64,000 nucleotides of DNA from Lama glama (lineage: Eukaryota), in the NCBI GenBank assembly GCA_028534125.1, contig CM052837.1, forward strand, positions 806,001 to 870,000. The letters are read 5' to 3'. Under the pieces are notes generated by a model. It searched no databases and was not told the origin of the DNA. It was given only the letters and a program-made list of their open reading frames with translations. Positions 63,841 through 64,000 of this stretch are shown here, one piece after another. Position numbers and translations under genes: made by a program. Numbering within the stretch: the first letter of the stretch is position 1; each line of letters starts with the position of its first letter.

Positions 63841-64000
63841 AGAGACCTCAAAGCGTCCACACCCAGTGGCCTTTGCTGACACTGGTTCACGACTTCGGGA
63901 AGCGGGCAGATGAGTTCAAGGTGCAGAGAGACCACTCCCGGGGCTCTGAGACGTGAGTGTCCCCGGAGTCCCTGGAGGGCTGGTCCCCACCCTCCATGTT

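Overview
This is mammalian genomic DNA, not microbial. It is very GC- and CpG-rich (roughly 60% GC by eye, not computed), as expected of a subtelomeric region. It has three assembly gaps: 500 N at 9542-10041, 215 N at 35770-35984 and 500 N at 58876-59375. I cannot support any protein-coding exon; the ORF track is GC-driven noise rich in Pro/Gly/Arg/Ala. The recognisable content is decayed eutherian repeats (L1, L2, MIR, MLT1/MLT2, MER21, MER3/MER33, MER5A, hAT-Tip100), two ERV1-type solo LTRs, short minisatellites, and one dense CpG island at about 44.3-45.4 kb with a perfect NRF1 site and no evident coding gene. The artiodactyl-type L1 3' ends, together with no Alu, Bov-A, PRE-1, Can or ERE SINEs that I could see, suggest a camelid (inference). 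The clearest signal readable in the sequence is a directional A/T-to-G/C rewriting of repeats. Five copies of the same L1 3' end range from nearly pristine to heavily GC/CpG-shifted, consistent with GC-biased gene conversion. I see no convincing novel multi-gene system. Repeat family names come from recalled consensus sequences and need RepeatMasker/Dfam confirmation.
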